Made by a program: the position numbers and the translations under genes. DNA of 63,927 nt, the filler included, from Licmophora abbreviata (lineage: Eukaryota): NCBI GenBank assembly GCA_900291995.1. It is 8 parts of 8 records of this genome, joined end to end, with 100 filler letters (N's around TTAATTAATTAA, not from the genome) between each part and the next. Parts side by side here need not be neighbours in the genome. Positions count along the whole stretch, not along the records: positions 15,271 to 27,590 come from OLMU01003293.1; positions 27,691 to 39,242 come from OLMU01003296.1; 6 more parts are not named here. The stretch is one strand, 5' to 3'. Below, in pieces: positions 22,710-36,200 of the stretch. The notes under the pieces were generated by a model, which had not been told where the DNA came from, made no database searches, and worked only from the letters and a program-made list of their open reading frames with translations. How positions within the stretch are numbered: position 1 is the first letter of the stretch; each line of letters begins with the position of its first letter.

Positions 22710-25700
22710 ATGAATGATGCTTCACGGAGTACTGCCGAGCAAGTGCCGGCGTCCTTTTCATCATCATCCTCGTGGGAGAATAATCCAGAGAATTCATCAT
22801 TCCGGCGAAAAGAACAATTAGAGGAACAAGATGATGTTTGGCATGAACAGCTCCGTCTTTTGATTCCGGATTGGAGAGAAGAAGACGATGAGGAGGAGAA
22901 GAAAGAGTTTGAACCAGAACGTGATTCTCATTCTTCTCCCCCCAATGGCAGTAGCATCAGAGAAGACCCATCGTCCTCGCCGTCCTTATCATTTTGGAAT
23001 CGCATCGGCCCCGATCTGACGGCAGCCCTACTTTCGCACCTGACACTCCCAGAACTCTCCAATTTATCCTTGGTATGCAAGAGGACACGTGACTTGTGTC
23101 ATGACACGGACGAAGTGTGGCGTGAAAAATTCATCGCGCGATGGAACTACGAATTGCGACCACAAGTCAACACGCAGTATTGCCGGCGGTACAGGCAAGC
23201 CTATCAACAAGCCTACGCCAATGTGCATGACTTGTGGGTGACGCACTGGAATATAGTATATCCGGCCGATGGGGACTCTCCAGGGCGATGTTGTGTACCC
23301 TCAGAAGATCACGTTATTGTAGGGGTGGATCATTCGTCGTTGTCGGAGCAGTGTGACCAAGAAGACGATGCTATTTTTTGGATGAGGTACTGTCCAACGT
23401 GCCGGTACCGTAAGGGTGACGACTCTGATGGCAGTCGACTCCCTCGCGTAGTACAACTAGCTCTGGAACGAGAAGGAATGTTTCAGGAGGAAAAATCCTC
23501 TCTACCAGACCCAGTCCAAGAGACGGAAGTGCGGGCAGCGGCGCATGGAATCCTCCTACAACAAGCATTGACGACACACTCCCAGGCCATCTTTGCTACT
23601 ACTCAATACTCCATTGCCAAGTGGTGTCGTAATGTATATCCACTCATGACGATGCTACGGAAACCATCAATCCAGCACGATAGGAAGGAACACAGGGGTG
23701 ACGATGAAGCCTCACATGGGATTTTGGGAAGCGATGGTGCTGGTGGTCCAAGAAGAGTTATTGCTTCGAGCTCACGTGTTGCATTCGAGGCGGCAGCGAC
23801 CTTTCATCGAACCATTGAGACTGGTCAGTACGAAACAGACTCCTTGCACTTCTTGAAGGATGCATTATTCTTCAACGTGGGGGAAAGTGGCTTGAATCTT
23901 TCTTCGAAAGCTCAACGAGAAGCAAGTCATCTGCGGGGAGACGTATTCGGCAAAAACGACGCGCTTGCAACCAACATATCACCGGAAGGGTCCGTGGCGG
24001 CGCTCGGACCGCATGTGGAAACGTGTCACCATTCGTGGCATGTGATTCGATTGACAAATCCAGACTATCTGAGGCCCATAACGTTTCGTATGTTTGTACA
24101 ACGACCCGACTGCTTCACAGTCTTTCCGGGACAGGGGTATCTGGCACCGGGAGAGACGTGTCATGTCACCTTGGGAGTGCGCAACCTGGGCAGTTTGCTA
24201 AGTGAAGCATTTGAGGCTTTGAATGTTCAACGCGAAGAAGTCGATCCCTTCTTGGCGGATGTCTATGCCAGTGAGGCGCACTTACCGGTTGCACCCTTTG
24301 CGATTCGCTACATGTTTGCACCCGTGACGCCCTGCATTCCTCCGTCATTCACGTCGCGAGGTCACACCAAACCGTCTCCATCGTTGGCTCGGCCTGTTGC
24401 GACGCATGCGGCAACGAGTAAATACAAACATGTGGTCTCTTATTTATGGGACACTGTTGCCACAGAAGCAAATACGCGAACCGTTCATGTATCGGCGCAT
24501 GTACATGCGAATTATCGACTAGTGGACTTCCAGCGAAAGACGTTACAGCCTTTTGATATTCGAGTGAATCCAGCGGACGAGTGGGGACCGAGTGCTTTGA
24601 AACACCTCGATCCGCTTGTAACCGTTGCTCCCAACTTGCTTGAGCGGGATCCTCTGCGATTCGAAACAGTCATGAATCTGCGATATGAAATGGAGTTATC
24701 TGATGCAGGTGAAGCGACGCGAACTGAAAAGCGATGCCGTGGTTGCCGGCGCGATTGGGGCTCCCGAGCAGAAGAGCTGGGTCGATCCTTCGTGCTTCAT
24801 ACTATGATATGTGATGCTCGAGCGAGACAGCTAAATTTGCGAATGCACAATTTCTGTACCCTTGTCCGAAGAATTTACTCTTGCATACACCCCCCGCGCA
24901 CACCTGTCGTTAAGTTGAATCTCGCGAAAGCGAACGAGCTCCTTTACGTTGTGCATTCTGTTCTCATACGAATCCGGGCGACGCCAACCATACATTCTTT
25001 CCAAAGGAAGCATCTGCTACAAATTGAGTGTGTCGTCGACGAGTTGTGTGATACGATTCAGGCTCGTATGCGCGACAAGACAAAGTCCCTTCCCGTTGCG
25101 GAACGAGATTACATACACAATCTCTGGCGTAACGTTGGATGCTACCCAAATATGAGGTGTTCCGACTCCATCTTCGGATCGAAAGTCAGTCTTGAACTAC
25201 CATCCAGACTTGAGTCTCCTCTGACGCCAATCCTGAAGAATGAGCTTGACTACCTCGAAGGCTTTCGCTATTTATGCCATAGTCCCGGAATCTACTGTCT
25301 GGGGCAGCAACAAGACCCCAACCACGACGACATTGAAGTTCCTCCCCTTGACAATGAAACGTCGCCTCTCAACAGTGCCTTTTATCATGAAAAACGGAAC
25401 AGGAGCACGGATGTTTTCATGGATTCTACAACCATGGCTTTTGCAAGCGCCTTGAGTCTCATCCACGATCCTCGTTCACTTATCTTGCACGGTGTCTATG
25501 ATCGCGTTCTGCCACCTGGCTCGATTGTGAGGCGACCCTCAGTTTCCAGCGCGATTTTCAGTCGTTCGTCGGCACGAGATCGGGATGCCATTGTGGATGT
25601 TGCATATAGGTGGACAAAGTTAAGGAAACAGTGCCATTTGGGTAGGGTCCCTCTGGACCAGCATTTCGGGTGGGGGCCATCTTTTGCAGTCGCCACGTTG

Positions 25701-27535
25701 CATCATCCTTCCTTGCTGCTGGAGGATCTCGACGATGATAGTCCATGCCTTCTACAGTTGGTTTCATATCATACCATGGGCGACCGCCAATTCAAACGAT
25801 TCTCCTCGTTGAGAAGCTATTTACATAATATTCCTCCGCCGGGAGTTGGGCTTTATTCGTTGTCGGAAATGTGCAACGAACATAGTGATCAGTTTCCGTC
25901 CAAGATTGTGGAATGGCGACACTTTCTCGACTCGGAAAGCAGCAAGAGCGAGGAAGCGGAAATAGGGGAACATTACTCTGGAAATGAAGAAGCTGCGAAT
26001 CCGCGACCGATACGTGCTCCCCATCATGGGAACAATCAGGCGGTGCTGCTGAATCCTCTTATCGGCGCTCCTGGACGTGGGCCACGGGTAATAAATCTCC
26101 TCTGGCTGTTGTCCGAACAACTAGGTTGGAGTGTAGATGAATCACATGGGGCGGGATCTGTGTTGCTCGATCGCCGTATTCTGATCGCCACCCAGTGGGC
26201 GAGCAACTCTCTGATGGCGATTCCCCTCCTGTACACACTGATCGCACGCGCTGCTCAACTTATCACTCTGCAGCCCATGGAGTATCATTTGGATGAACTC
26301 CCACGCGAGATGGCTGACAACATGAGATACCTTACCACGCGCGAATCGGTTGGAGCTGCCGTCCTTATTGCATTGTTGTGGCTTAAGATGGGTCGATACG
26401 CGGAGAGGAGAATCGGTCGTACGTATGAACGCGCGATGAGAGAGCACATTTCGTCGCCGACATGGTCGACCGCGGGGACCGTTCGTCGACAGCCGGCGAG
26501 CTCCCTATCCAGAATCGCCTCCAGGGTTTCCCTCTGGTTGCAGAGATTATGGGACCGGTTCTGTCCCCTCTTCTTGCAGCACCTTTGCTTCACTCCACCA
26601 TGGAATCGCCGCAGCGACGCAGACATTTCAAGGCACATCGCTCGTTGGAGGGTCAAAGACATGCGAGAACATCGGTACGTACAAACACTTCGAGAAGTTA
26701 GAGTTTTGTTTCTTCTCTGGTCTAACGTTGCCTGTTCCGTGACGTGATTCTTAGTTCATGCTTCAGGGCTACAGATGCGCAAGGATTGCTGTCATTCGGA
26801 GAGAGCGTCACTGATGGCGGACCCCCTCGTGACACAAAAGAGGACTCAACTGCCAGGAAACTATTGATTGGGCTGGTGGTTGCGGTAGGAAGCTTTTCCG
26901 CGAGCTCCCCTCATTTCTGGCTCAATGTCTTGACCATCTTCTCGTGTAGTCTGGGACTGGTAAGACTCTTCCGGCATAAGAAGAACCTTATGTTTCATAT
27001 CCATCTCAACTCACCGAAATCGCTGCTTTCTACTTAGGGAATGAGCGTGTCGCTCCAATCTATGGAACTCGGGCGCCCGCCGCGCATTATGTCGTTTGCA
27101 AGGTCACTTGTCCAGCCTCAGAGTTTCAATACGGTAATAATCGCTTTCGTGCTAATCGGCCATTTGGTAGGGAGTTCTGGTGGGGTCCTCTTTCTCGCTG
27201 AGTTTGTCGTGACAACGATGAGTCTACTGCTTGGAGGTGCCGGAACAGTCTCCGCAAACGCCATGGGAAGTTGGGCTGTTTTCTTTTGCTTAAGCTCTAC
27301 CGCTTTCTGGGGATATCTTTTCAGTCGTGTGGGCCTTGCCGATGCAATTCGTCATCGACGGCGAGGGCCGTCAACCGTTGTGCTGTGCGCTTGTCTCGTG
27401 ACCTTGACCGTGTTGTGGCTGTTTCTTTTGGGACTGTGGAAATGGGATCTACCTCCTGCGCTTATGATTGTGACCGGGGACTTGTCTGATAAGCGTGCGA
27501 CAATTCGAACCGTCCGTGCTCGACGATTACAGTAG
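22710..27535 (+). CDS. 1551-aa protein with an F-box, an MSP/PapD-like domain and C-terminal TM helices; introns 26675-26766 and 26960-27037
   Basis: F-box-like IGPDLTAALLSHLTLPELSNLSLVCKR...VW; MSP-like IRLTNP..PITFRMF..RPDCFTVFPGQGYLAPGETCHVTL. Two GT-AG introns join three ORFs in frame (4656 nt). Confidence 0.8.
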
Positions 27536-27590
27536 TCAGTTCAGCTAATAGCCCCTCTCTTTTGAGCCCAATGGACTTCCAAATGCTGAT

Positions 27591-27690
27591 NNNNNNNNNN
27601 NNNNNNNNNNNNNNNNNNNNNNNNNNNNNNNNNNTTAATTAATTAANNNNNNNNNNNNNNNNNNNNNNNNNNNNNNNNNNNNNNNNNNNN
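27591..27690. other. Assembly gap spacer
   Basis: N44-TTAATTAATTAA-N44. Confidence 0.98.
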
Positions 27691-28751
27691 GGGACAACAG
27701 TGGCGAACCATTTCCGACCAATGACACTGCGGGCGCTGGTACTGTTTTGCTCACCACGTCGAGCCCATCGCTGCGTCCGAGTGAAAGCCCATCGTCGCTA
27801 CAGCCCAGTGCGGCGCCATCGACCAACGCACCGACCCACATTCCTTCCAGTGCACCAACGTTTCTCCCATCCTCACAACCATCCATGTATACGGCCCCCA
27901 ACACGACCTTTTATGCCATTGCCGACGTACCATACAATGACGAACACATGCTACTCTTTCCTTCTCTTGTCAAGTCGGTACCAGACGACGCCGAGTTCCT
28001 CATTCATCTGGGCGATTTGAAACCGGGAAACGACAAGTGCTCAGTCGAACAGCTTGAGCTTGTAGACAGCGTCTTGAAAACATCTACTGTTCCTACATTC
28101 GTGATTGTTGGAGACAACGAGTTCAACGACTGTCGGGATCCGGGTCAAGCGTTGAATGACTGGCGTGCCATGTTTTCGCGATACGATCGGAAATACTGGA
28201 ATCACCAATTACCAGTCAAACTCATGCCGAGTCGCAACGAGACGTTTACCTTTACACACAAGGCTATACAGTACTTTGGAATCAATATTGTGTCTGGCAA
28301 TGTCCACGATCGAGGTGAATGGCGAGACCGGCTGACTGTGCAGCTCGCATGGATGAAATTGCATATACTAGCCAACCAAAAGAGCCGGGAGCCGGCTAGC
28401 ACAATTGTCATATTTGGACACGCCATTCCTGGACAGCCCAATACAGACTTGTTCTTTAAGCCGCTTCGAGACTATGTAAGGGATAGTCTGGAAGATGCGG
28501 TTCCGATCGTTTACATCTCAGCCGATGCGCACCGATTCGTGTACGAAGAGAATTTCTTTCTACAAAGCAGCATGTTGCGAGTGACCATTGCAGGCGGCGT
28601 GAAGGAGCCCCCTACACGGTTTACGGTTGACCCGAAAGTCCTGACTGGAGTCAACGATACCGTTACGGTGGAGCGTTTCTGGAATGACGAGTACATGAGT
28701 GTCGTCAACGGTAGCATGAGTACTGCAGAGTACATGAATGGAAAAAGCTAG
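27691..28751 (+). CDS. Calcineurin-like metallophosphoesterase with a Pro/Ser/Thr stalk, 5' end truncated by the gap
   Basis: AIADVPY, IHLGD, VGDNEFNDC, FGHA and ADAH metal-site motifs, preceded by PSxxPS repeats. Confidence 0.8.
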
Positions 28752-29054
28752 TTGGAGCTACGCATTTATAACCAAGTCCTAAGTACAAGGATCAGATGAT
28801 ATGGTTGTAGAGGCCGTGTATCATCTGATTACTAGGGAAGGGCTGTCTATCTATGAGTTTGATGCAGTTTGTAGAATATTGGCAAAGACCTAGTCTACTC
28901 TTTCAGTACATGGTGCAAGATCTGCGTTGCATTTACAACCTACGATATGTAACAATCGACAAACGTGCTAGGTGACCCACTCGACTCGACCGACTGACTC
29001 TGTCAAATTTGCAAATTTGTCGTCTTCGATTTTTTCAGTCACATCGGCACGACC

Positions 29055-30353
29055 ATGACGACGACAACGCCGCGGTGGGCCTCTTCCTCGATGCCTTCTG
29101 ACGCTTCTGATCCTCAATCGCACACCCCTCCTCCTGCTACTGCTCGCGCTAAACCTTGGTATGGACAAATTGTCGTCGGCTGTCCAGGTGTTGGGAAAAC
29201 GACGTATTGCCATGGCATGCAAGAATATCTGCGATTGTTGGGTCGAAATGCGTGGGTGATCAATCTGGACCCGGCCAATGAGGGGTATCGAGACGACATC
29301 GATGACGGGAATGGGGAGGTTCGTAGTAGTGACAGTGATGGGGCTTCTGATAGAAGAATGTTGCCTTATGAGACGCTAGTGGATGTTCGGCGTGACATGA
29401 TCGATTTGTCCGTTGTCATGGAGCAGCTCGACTTGGGACCGAACGGGGGACTGCTGTATTGCATGGAATATCTGGAAGCACACGTCGATGAATTCGTTCA
29501 ATTGATTGAAGAACGGGCCTTTCAGCAGTCAGAATCGGATTCATCTCCATTGTACTTGCTCTTGGACTGTCCTGGACAAGTCGAACTGTACACGCACAAT
29601 CATGCCATTCCAAGTTTCATTCGAACAATTGTTAAGAGGCTCAACTTACGACTCTGTGGTGTCCAGCTGATTGACAGTCAGTACTGTTCGGATGCTATGA
29701 AATTCTTATCTGCTGCTCTAGTATCCACCATGACCATGGTGCGACTGGAATTGCCCATGGTGAGCGTACTTTCCAAGGTGGACCTGTTGATGAGCGGCAA
29801 TAGCAGCCTACATGGTGACGAGGCGCTGCCACTGTCACTCGAGTTCTTCACAGACTGTCCTGACCTGACGAGACTCATTCCTTTCTTGGAGGATAATGGT
29901 GGAGTCATTGGAGATGAAACTGACAACTCGGAATCAACCTACGCGGACGATCCGGACTATCAAAAGGCTCGTCAGCGGGTTCGACATTCGGCCTTTTTCC
30001 GCAAGTACACCAAGCTGCATACGCTACTGGCCGAAGTTGTGGATGACTACTCGTTGTTGAATTTTGTGCCGTGTGACATTCAAAGTGCCGAAAGCGTCGG
30101 GCGGGTGGTGGCCAAGATAGATCAGTGTACGGGATTTCTATTTGAGACGAGTCGTCGAGACCCACGTGGTCGTCATCCTGGCGTTGGCAGTGACGCGACT
30201 CCGACAAGTACCCCGCAAGATTTGTTTCAGTGTGCGGTACAGTCTGAAAGCAGTATTTCGCGATACGAAGCAATAGCCGATATCCAAGAGCGCATGTCGA
30301 TGCAGCGCATAGGCGAAGAGAGCGCCACAGCAGCATTGACAAAATCGACGTAA
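29055..30353 (+). CDS. GPN2: GPN-loop GTPase 2
   Basis: GCPGVGKTTYC, INLDPAN, LGPNGGL, DCPGQVELYTH and ELPMVSVLSKVDL. Confidence 0.88.
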   Translation: MTTTTPRWASSSMPSDASDPQSHTPPPATARAKPWYGQIVVGCPGVGKTTYCHGMQEYLRLLGRNAWVINLDPANEGYRDDIDDGNGEVRSSDSDGASDRRMLPYETLVDVRRDMIDLSVVMEQLDLGPNGGLLYCMEYLEAHVDEFVQLIEERAFQQSESDSSPLYLLLDCPGQVELYTHNHAIPSFIRTIVKRLNLRLCGVQLIDSQYCSDAMKFLSAALVSTMTMVRLELPMVSVLSKVDLLMSGNSSLHGDEALPLSLEFFTDCPDLTRLIPFLEDNGGVIGDETDNSESTYADDPDYQKARQRVRHSAFFRKYTKLHTLLAEVVDDYSLLNFVPCDIQSAESVGRVVAKIDQCTGFLFETSRRDPRGRHPGVGSDATPTSTPQDLFQCAVQSESSISRYEAIADIQERMSMQRIGEESATAALTKST

Positions 30354-30434
30354 GCAGGCTGGTAGAGTTGTAAGTGTCGTAGCGTATAGGCAGGGGGATC
30401 GACTATCGACTATACGACTTTATACTATAAATTT

Positions 30435-31205
30435 CTATCTTGAGTCATCTATTTCGTCTTCTTGTAGCAGGCGTTGCCGTTCCTCTCGCAGCCGCAAGGC
30501 AGCCTGCTCGTGCTCGTAGTCTTCTTCTAGCTCGAGGCGGCGTTGGTTGTTCCAGTGCAAGACGTCGTTGAGGAGTGACACAAAGACCCCGGGTGTTGTT
30601 GATGTCTTTGACTCTCTACAGCAGCAGTCGTACCATTCCACATTACCATCTTCCTCCTCTGCATCACCATTGATTGTATCCAAAAGACGAAGTTGCAACC
30701 GCAGTTCATCTTGCGTCCTCTCATCACTGTCGTTCGCATTAGTACCGTCATGGTGTCCATCATCCCTCCGCGTGGTCCAGATCTGGATTTCGGGAGCACT
30801 TGCGTTCTTTCGTTCGACAAGCTCGACGCGAGCAATGGTGCTGAGCGGTATAGTAGTCGTTACCATAGAGTCCTCCTTCACATCCTTCGTCCTGGTGGTG
30901 GTGATGGTAGCATCATGTTCGTCGTGAGTGATAATTTCGAGAGCCGGTTCGTCGTGTTCCAAGGAGTCCACGAGCCCTATTGAGACATGTACCTGCATCT
31001 CCCCGTCTCTAGGAACTGGATCTGTCGCTAATGAAGCTCTGGCGCACGCCATTGTCCACTGAACGATGGCCATCTCTCGCTGTGACAGGACGGCCACTGC
31101 GAGGCGAGCTTGGTATTCATCGTCGCTCTCGTGACAGGGACACAGACAGCCAAACCAACGTAATCTACCGAGCGATCCACAGCACAACGAAGAGGACACT
31201 ACCAT
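30435..31205 (-). CDS. Hypothetical protein with Cys clusters and a C-terminal coiled coil; start uncertain (frame open to 31439)
   Basis: Long ORF with LCC..CLCPC and YDCCCR clusters. Confidence 0.55.
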   Translation of the reverse strand: MVVSSSLCCGSLGRLRWFGCLCPCHESDDEYQARLAVAVLSQREMAIVQWTMACARASLATDPVPRDGEMQVHVSIGLVDSLEHDEPALEIITHDEHDATITTTRTKDVKEDSMVTTTIPLSTIARVELVERKNASAPEIQIWTTRRDDGHHDGTNANDSDERTQDELRLQLRLLDTINGDAEEEDGNVEWYDCCCRESKTSTTPGVFVSLLNDVLHWNNQRRLELEEDYEHEQAALRLREERQRLLQEDEIDDSR

Positions 31206-31471
31206 CGGTCGGACTGCATGTGGTGAGACTAATAGGCGATGGTACGACGCTGAGATTGTAGTGGCTGTCGACTTTATCCGCCAAGCATCATGGTGATGCC
31301 CTTCGGGTTCCTGCGCCGGCGCGCTGCGAGAATGTCTTTCGAAACTTTGAGTCGAAGAAGTCAAAACGTCAAAGGGCGCGCCATACTTCAATGACACACA
31401 AACCGCATCATGATTGCCATGATTGTTTAACTTTCTCAATCTGCTTGGACACTGAGCGACTCTCTACAGGA

Positions 31472-33119
31472 ATGAATCCCAAAACAGACCGCCACGCCAT
31501 AGATCGGAAGAGTCTCTGGGACATGTACGATGTGAAGGAGCCTCTGGGTGACGGTGCCTTCGGCGACGTCTATCGCGCGTGCAGAAAAGACGGATCCGAC
31601 GACGGTCAGGAGGAGGTACGTGACTGATATTTATATTGATACGGGCTGAGACTTCATGATCGCTCTGTGTCCAACCGTAGAAGTAGAAGTGTCGCATCGA
31701 GATCCACGCTCCTGGTACTGCTCGGAGGCTCTGTGACAACCATTGCAGCAGTCGGCATCACATCATGGAGCGATCTTTCAGGTCCGGGTTACTATAGTTC
31801 TGGCGGGCAGTGTTTTGCTACCACGCAGAAGTCAGTACTATTCGAATCTATGAAAAGTGTCAAACGACTATTCGTCCAACGCCCCTACCTAACGCTTCTA
31901 ACGAACTACTACATTTCTTTGCTCCCCTTCCAAACGTTACTACAGGTCGCCATCAAGATCTTGCGGGATGGAGTATCGAGCTGGAACGAGTGTATGGTCG
32001 TTCGGGAGCTTCAGAGCCTCCGTCACTTTTCCAACACTCACAATCACATCGTGCAGCTCTACGAGGTCCACATGGAGGCCGGCAAGCTCATGTTTGTCTT
32101 TGAACACATGCCAGATGGGAACCTCTGGACTATGATCTGTTCCCATGCGGTTCAAAAGTCCTCTCTCCCTCAGACCCTCGTCCGATCCATCACCAAACAG
32201 ATCCTTCAAGCCCTTGCCTTCATCCACGCCAAGGGGATACATTCACCGCGATTTGAAGCCCGAGAATATTTTGTTTCGAGGCACCACGTGCAAGGTGGCC
32301 GACTTTGGAATGGCTCGACTCGTCCACGACCACGGTCCCTGTACGGACTATGTCGCCACGCGTTGGTATCGCGCACCCGAAATCTTGCTGCACAGTCAAC
32401 GATACGGCACGCCCATTGACATGTTCGCCCTCGGATGTCTTGTCGCAGATCTCCATCGACACTGGCCGCTCATGCCAGGTGAATCGGAAGCCGAACAGAT
32501 TGATCTGTGCTTTGCCTTGACAGGCGTCCCGTCTCAAGAGAATTGGCCTCATGGTGTAGTGCTAGCCGAGCGTATGAAGCTGGAACTTCCGGTTGTGGTG
32601 GAAGGAGATCCGTACGAGTTCGCTCGACCGCGACAGATCCAGCGCATGATTCTGAGCGAGCACGTTTCAGCAGCATCGCCGCAGGCCGTTGCGTTCATGC
32701 AAGCGCTCTTTCAGCTCGATCCGAGACCCCGTCTCTCCGCCAACCAAGCGCTGGCGCATCCGTTCTTGTGCGCCTACTCTACAAATAGTAGTAGCATGCC
32801 AAACACGGGTCTGTCTGCTCAAACGCCAAGCGCCACACCGAGTACCGACGAGTTGGAGAAAGGGAAGCAAGGGTTGTCTGTCAGTCTAGAAACCGTATCG
32901 TCAGGCGTCGTTAGTATCGCGACCGCAGAGCAGCAGAGCGTCATGCGTCGTCGCGAAATAGGTGCATCAGCTTCCGCGCCATTCGCGTTTCGGCAGCGCC
33001 CCGTTTCTGTTACACCGCACGACGACCCAAGCGCAGCCTTTCGCTCTCCAACAGCGGTGGTTCGACCGACGCTGGTGAACCCGCACGACGCAAAGAAAAG
33101 ACGAATGGCAGTCTCCTGA
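31472..33119 (+). CDS. MAK/ICK (RCK family) Ser/Thr kinase; intron 31616-31945; +1 frameshift at 32233-32236
   Basis: LGDGAFGDVY, then VAIK and FVFEHM; HRDLKPEN, DFG and TDYVATRWYRAPE lie in a shifted frame. Confidence 0.85.
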
Positions 33120-33248
33120 AAGAGACGTTCTTGGCGGAAGAGCCGAAGGGGTATACTAAGACGAGCTTATTGACTCAGCCTTGAGTAGCAGTTGACATGT
33201 GATGATCGATTGACGTTGGATCTAGTATTGGTAGGCGCTGACTTTGGA

Positions 33249-36200
33249 CTAGAAGTAGGCCATTCCAGTCTTTTCGCACGAGCTGATGTACGTGCTCAAA
33301 CTCTGGCATCTCAGAAAACTTTCTAGAATCAGATCGAAATTGTCCAGACTCATCGCTAGGTCCGTGTCAAGCGCAAGTAGTGCGTCGACCGTCTTCTTTT
33401 TATCCCTTGCCTCCAGCTTGAACAGTGGAGAGTAGTGACCCTGAGCACGCAAGTTCTTGACATGGAAAAACCTATCCTCGTCAAATAGAACGGTGCACTC
33501 GGCCTCCGTGCCACTCCCGTCGGCTTGTGTTTCCTCGATCCAGAAACAGCAGGACGAAATACCTTCGTGAAACGGTGAAACGGAAAACGTCGTGTTAGAA
33601 GCATGCACCCCAGCCATGTAAGCGAGCCAATAGACAAAAAGTAAAACGCACCAGCGAGCAGCTCACATACGAAGCCGCGGCACACCTCGGATATCTTTTT
33701 AATGTCCGAAGGAGGGCTAGGGTGATGTGCGCGATTGAAGCTCTGTGTCGCAAGAGGACTGTCACAATGCCAAGTGTCTGGGTACAGGGCAGAGCCAAAG
33801 CGCACTCCCAAGGCTTGTGCTAGATAGAGCGTTTGCGAGCGGATTGCAGCAGCGGTTGCCACGCGATTCGAGCTTCCTCGCAGAAGCTCGTCGTTGCTTG
33901 CGAACTCAGGAGCCAAGATCACTCTGCCAACATCAAGGTCAACCAACGTAACATCCATTGGCAACGAGTTTAGAAGCTCAATGTTGCCAGGATCTTCAGT
34001 GGAGATTCCGAGAATGTAAGGCGCCGGATACTGCAACAAGTCTCTTCCCAGCGCGGATGGGACAAGCGGAACGAGTAGGTGAGACCAACGGAGAGGCGCC
34101 AGTAGGCTCGTAATCGTCGAGACAGCCGAAAATAGAATACTTCTGCGACTCGAGGAGAAGACAACCTTTTGTTCCATGAGGATCGTGACGAAAAGAAGAG
34201 CTAACGGTATCGGTGGAAGACAGCTGACGAGTTGTTGTCCTGCTTGTTGCGCGAACTCATGCTTCTGGCTCCGAAGCGGAGTGTTAAGCCAGGGTGAGCT
34301 AGCATGGCGAAGATATGGTTCGAGAATACATTTCAGGGGGAACTTTTCTACATCGTCGTGAGCAAAGTTGCCGAGTAGTTCCACGAGGGGGGCACAGAAC
34401 AGGGAGCCATCGGCTTCCGATCGACAGATATCGAGGAAAAACAGAGAAAGAGTGTCTCGCATGGCAAGGACAGTATTCTGGTTGCTAACGAGGGCCAATC
34501 CCACTGTGAGCGGCCCTTCAACTAGACCAGCACTCTGTCGATTCCGAAGGCGTTCGTTCCATGTCCTCTCCTGTAGCTTCTGGTTGAACTTTGGCGCGTC
34601 CTCATTGACAGTGATCGTATAAAGCCTTTTCTCTGCAGTTGATTGGGGGGCAGACCCGTTCATGCATCGAGACTCGAACTTCACAGGAGACGCGAACTCG
34701 ACTCTTTCGTTGATTGTGCCACGTCCGACGGACGTATCCTTCCTGAGCGATAGTTCAATCTCTGGATGAACTGTGGCACCTTCAATGTCGCCCTGCTGCA
34801 ACACGAGAGAGACGCCATATAGGGCGCTGTCGTGCTCCCCATGCGCCGATGAAGATTCCACGTTTGGAACCATGAAACTGATAAGAGACACCTCCCATCC
34901 ATCAGAGCTGTCAGGTCACAGGAAAAGAGTGAGTCTCCGGCGTAAGGAGTGACGGAAAATTGTTCAGACAACTTACCTCAGACGACACATTGACGAATCT
35001 TTGGAGAATGGCGATCTGCGCAACGAAGGCACTGTCGCATAGCTCTCAAGTGTTGGGGGCATTCGACTCGAATCAATCATCTCGGCGCGCTCATCGTTGT
35101 CAACAATAACTTCCGAACAAACATAGCGTCTGATGTCGAACCGATCCATTGCTGGATTCACTACTCGATCTTCAACTTCTGATCCGTCATCGCTTCCGAA
35201 GACGAACGCAAAGTCCGCATTCGCATACTCCACCCTTTCGCTAGGTCTGTCGAGATTTTCTGCGTCCTGCGCCAGCGACTTGAGCTCGCCATCCGATTTC
35301 GTAGGACTTCGAATTGGCTTGTGGGCAGAAACACCTGTCGGAAGCTCAACCCGTCGAAGCAGTCTTCTAATGCAGCCTGACGGAAGCATAGATAGCACAT
35401 CCATTTCATGTAACACCGGCATTCCATCCTCTGGCAGCTTGCACACCTCACTGCACATCCATTCATGGAACTTATGCTCCTTAAATTTCTGGTGTGGGCC
35501 CGTAGCGTAGCCATAGAGAAGTTCGGTGGACAAGCGGTCAAGGGCTTCATTGAGCTGAGATGACGTGAGGAGCTCAGTCATTTTCTCTTCGTTCCCCTGC
35601 GACTTAGTCGCCTCACGGAGACAACTTCTCACTTTGGCCAGCGCGTCGTCGATCTCGTTGGAGCTAGACATGCCTTCCAACATCCCACCTCCCGGGGCAA
35701 CGAATACCTCCCACAGATGCTCAAACGATGAAACCAAAGAAGCGAAGGAACCTGATTCCGCATCTTTCATTTTGTTGATAGCCTCCTCGAGATCCCTCTT
35801 GATGAACACAGCACATGCAATGCCGGCAGCTGAGTTCGCCACGCGGTCGCCAGAATCATCAACAACGTCGTCGTTCTCCCCTCCAATGCTCCGTTCCCTT
35901 TGACAAATGAGATGCAACAACAAATAAAGAAAGTAGTTGTTGGCTGATGCGCTGCGGCGATCCCCCGTGATGCCATCGAAAACAGTTTTTGGACAAACTG
36001 TCATGAGAGGAGCGGTGTTGCGTAGATAAGCCCTCATCCTCGCGCACTCGTCGGAAATAAGAAATGATATGAAAGGGGTTCCGCAAAGTGAGTCCATGAC
36101 TGCTTTCTGGAATGGCACGAAAAGGTTCCGCGGAAGAGGGCAGTCGACGTCAGTTAGGGCTTTCTCCAGCGCTCGAAGGTCGGAGTCCGGGACAATGTGA

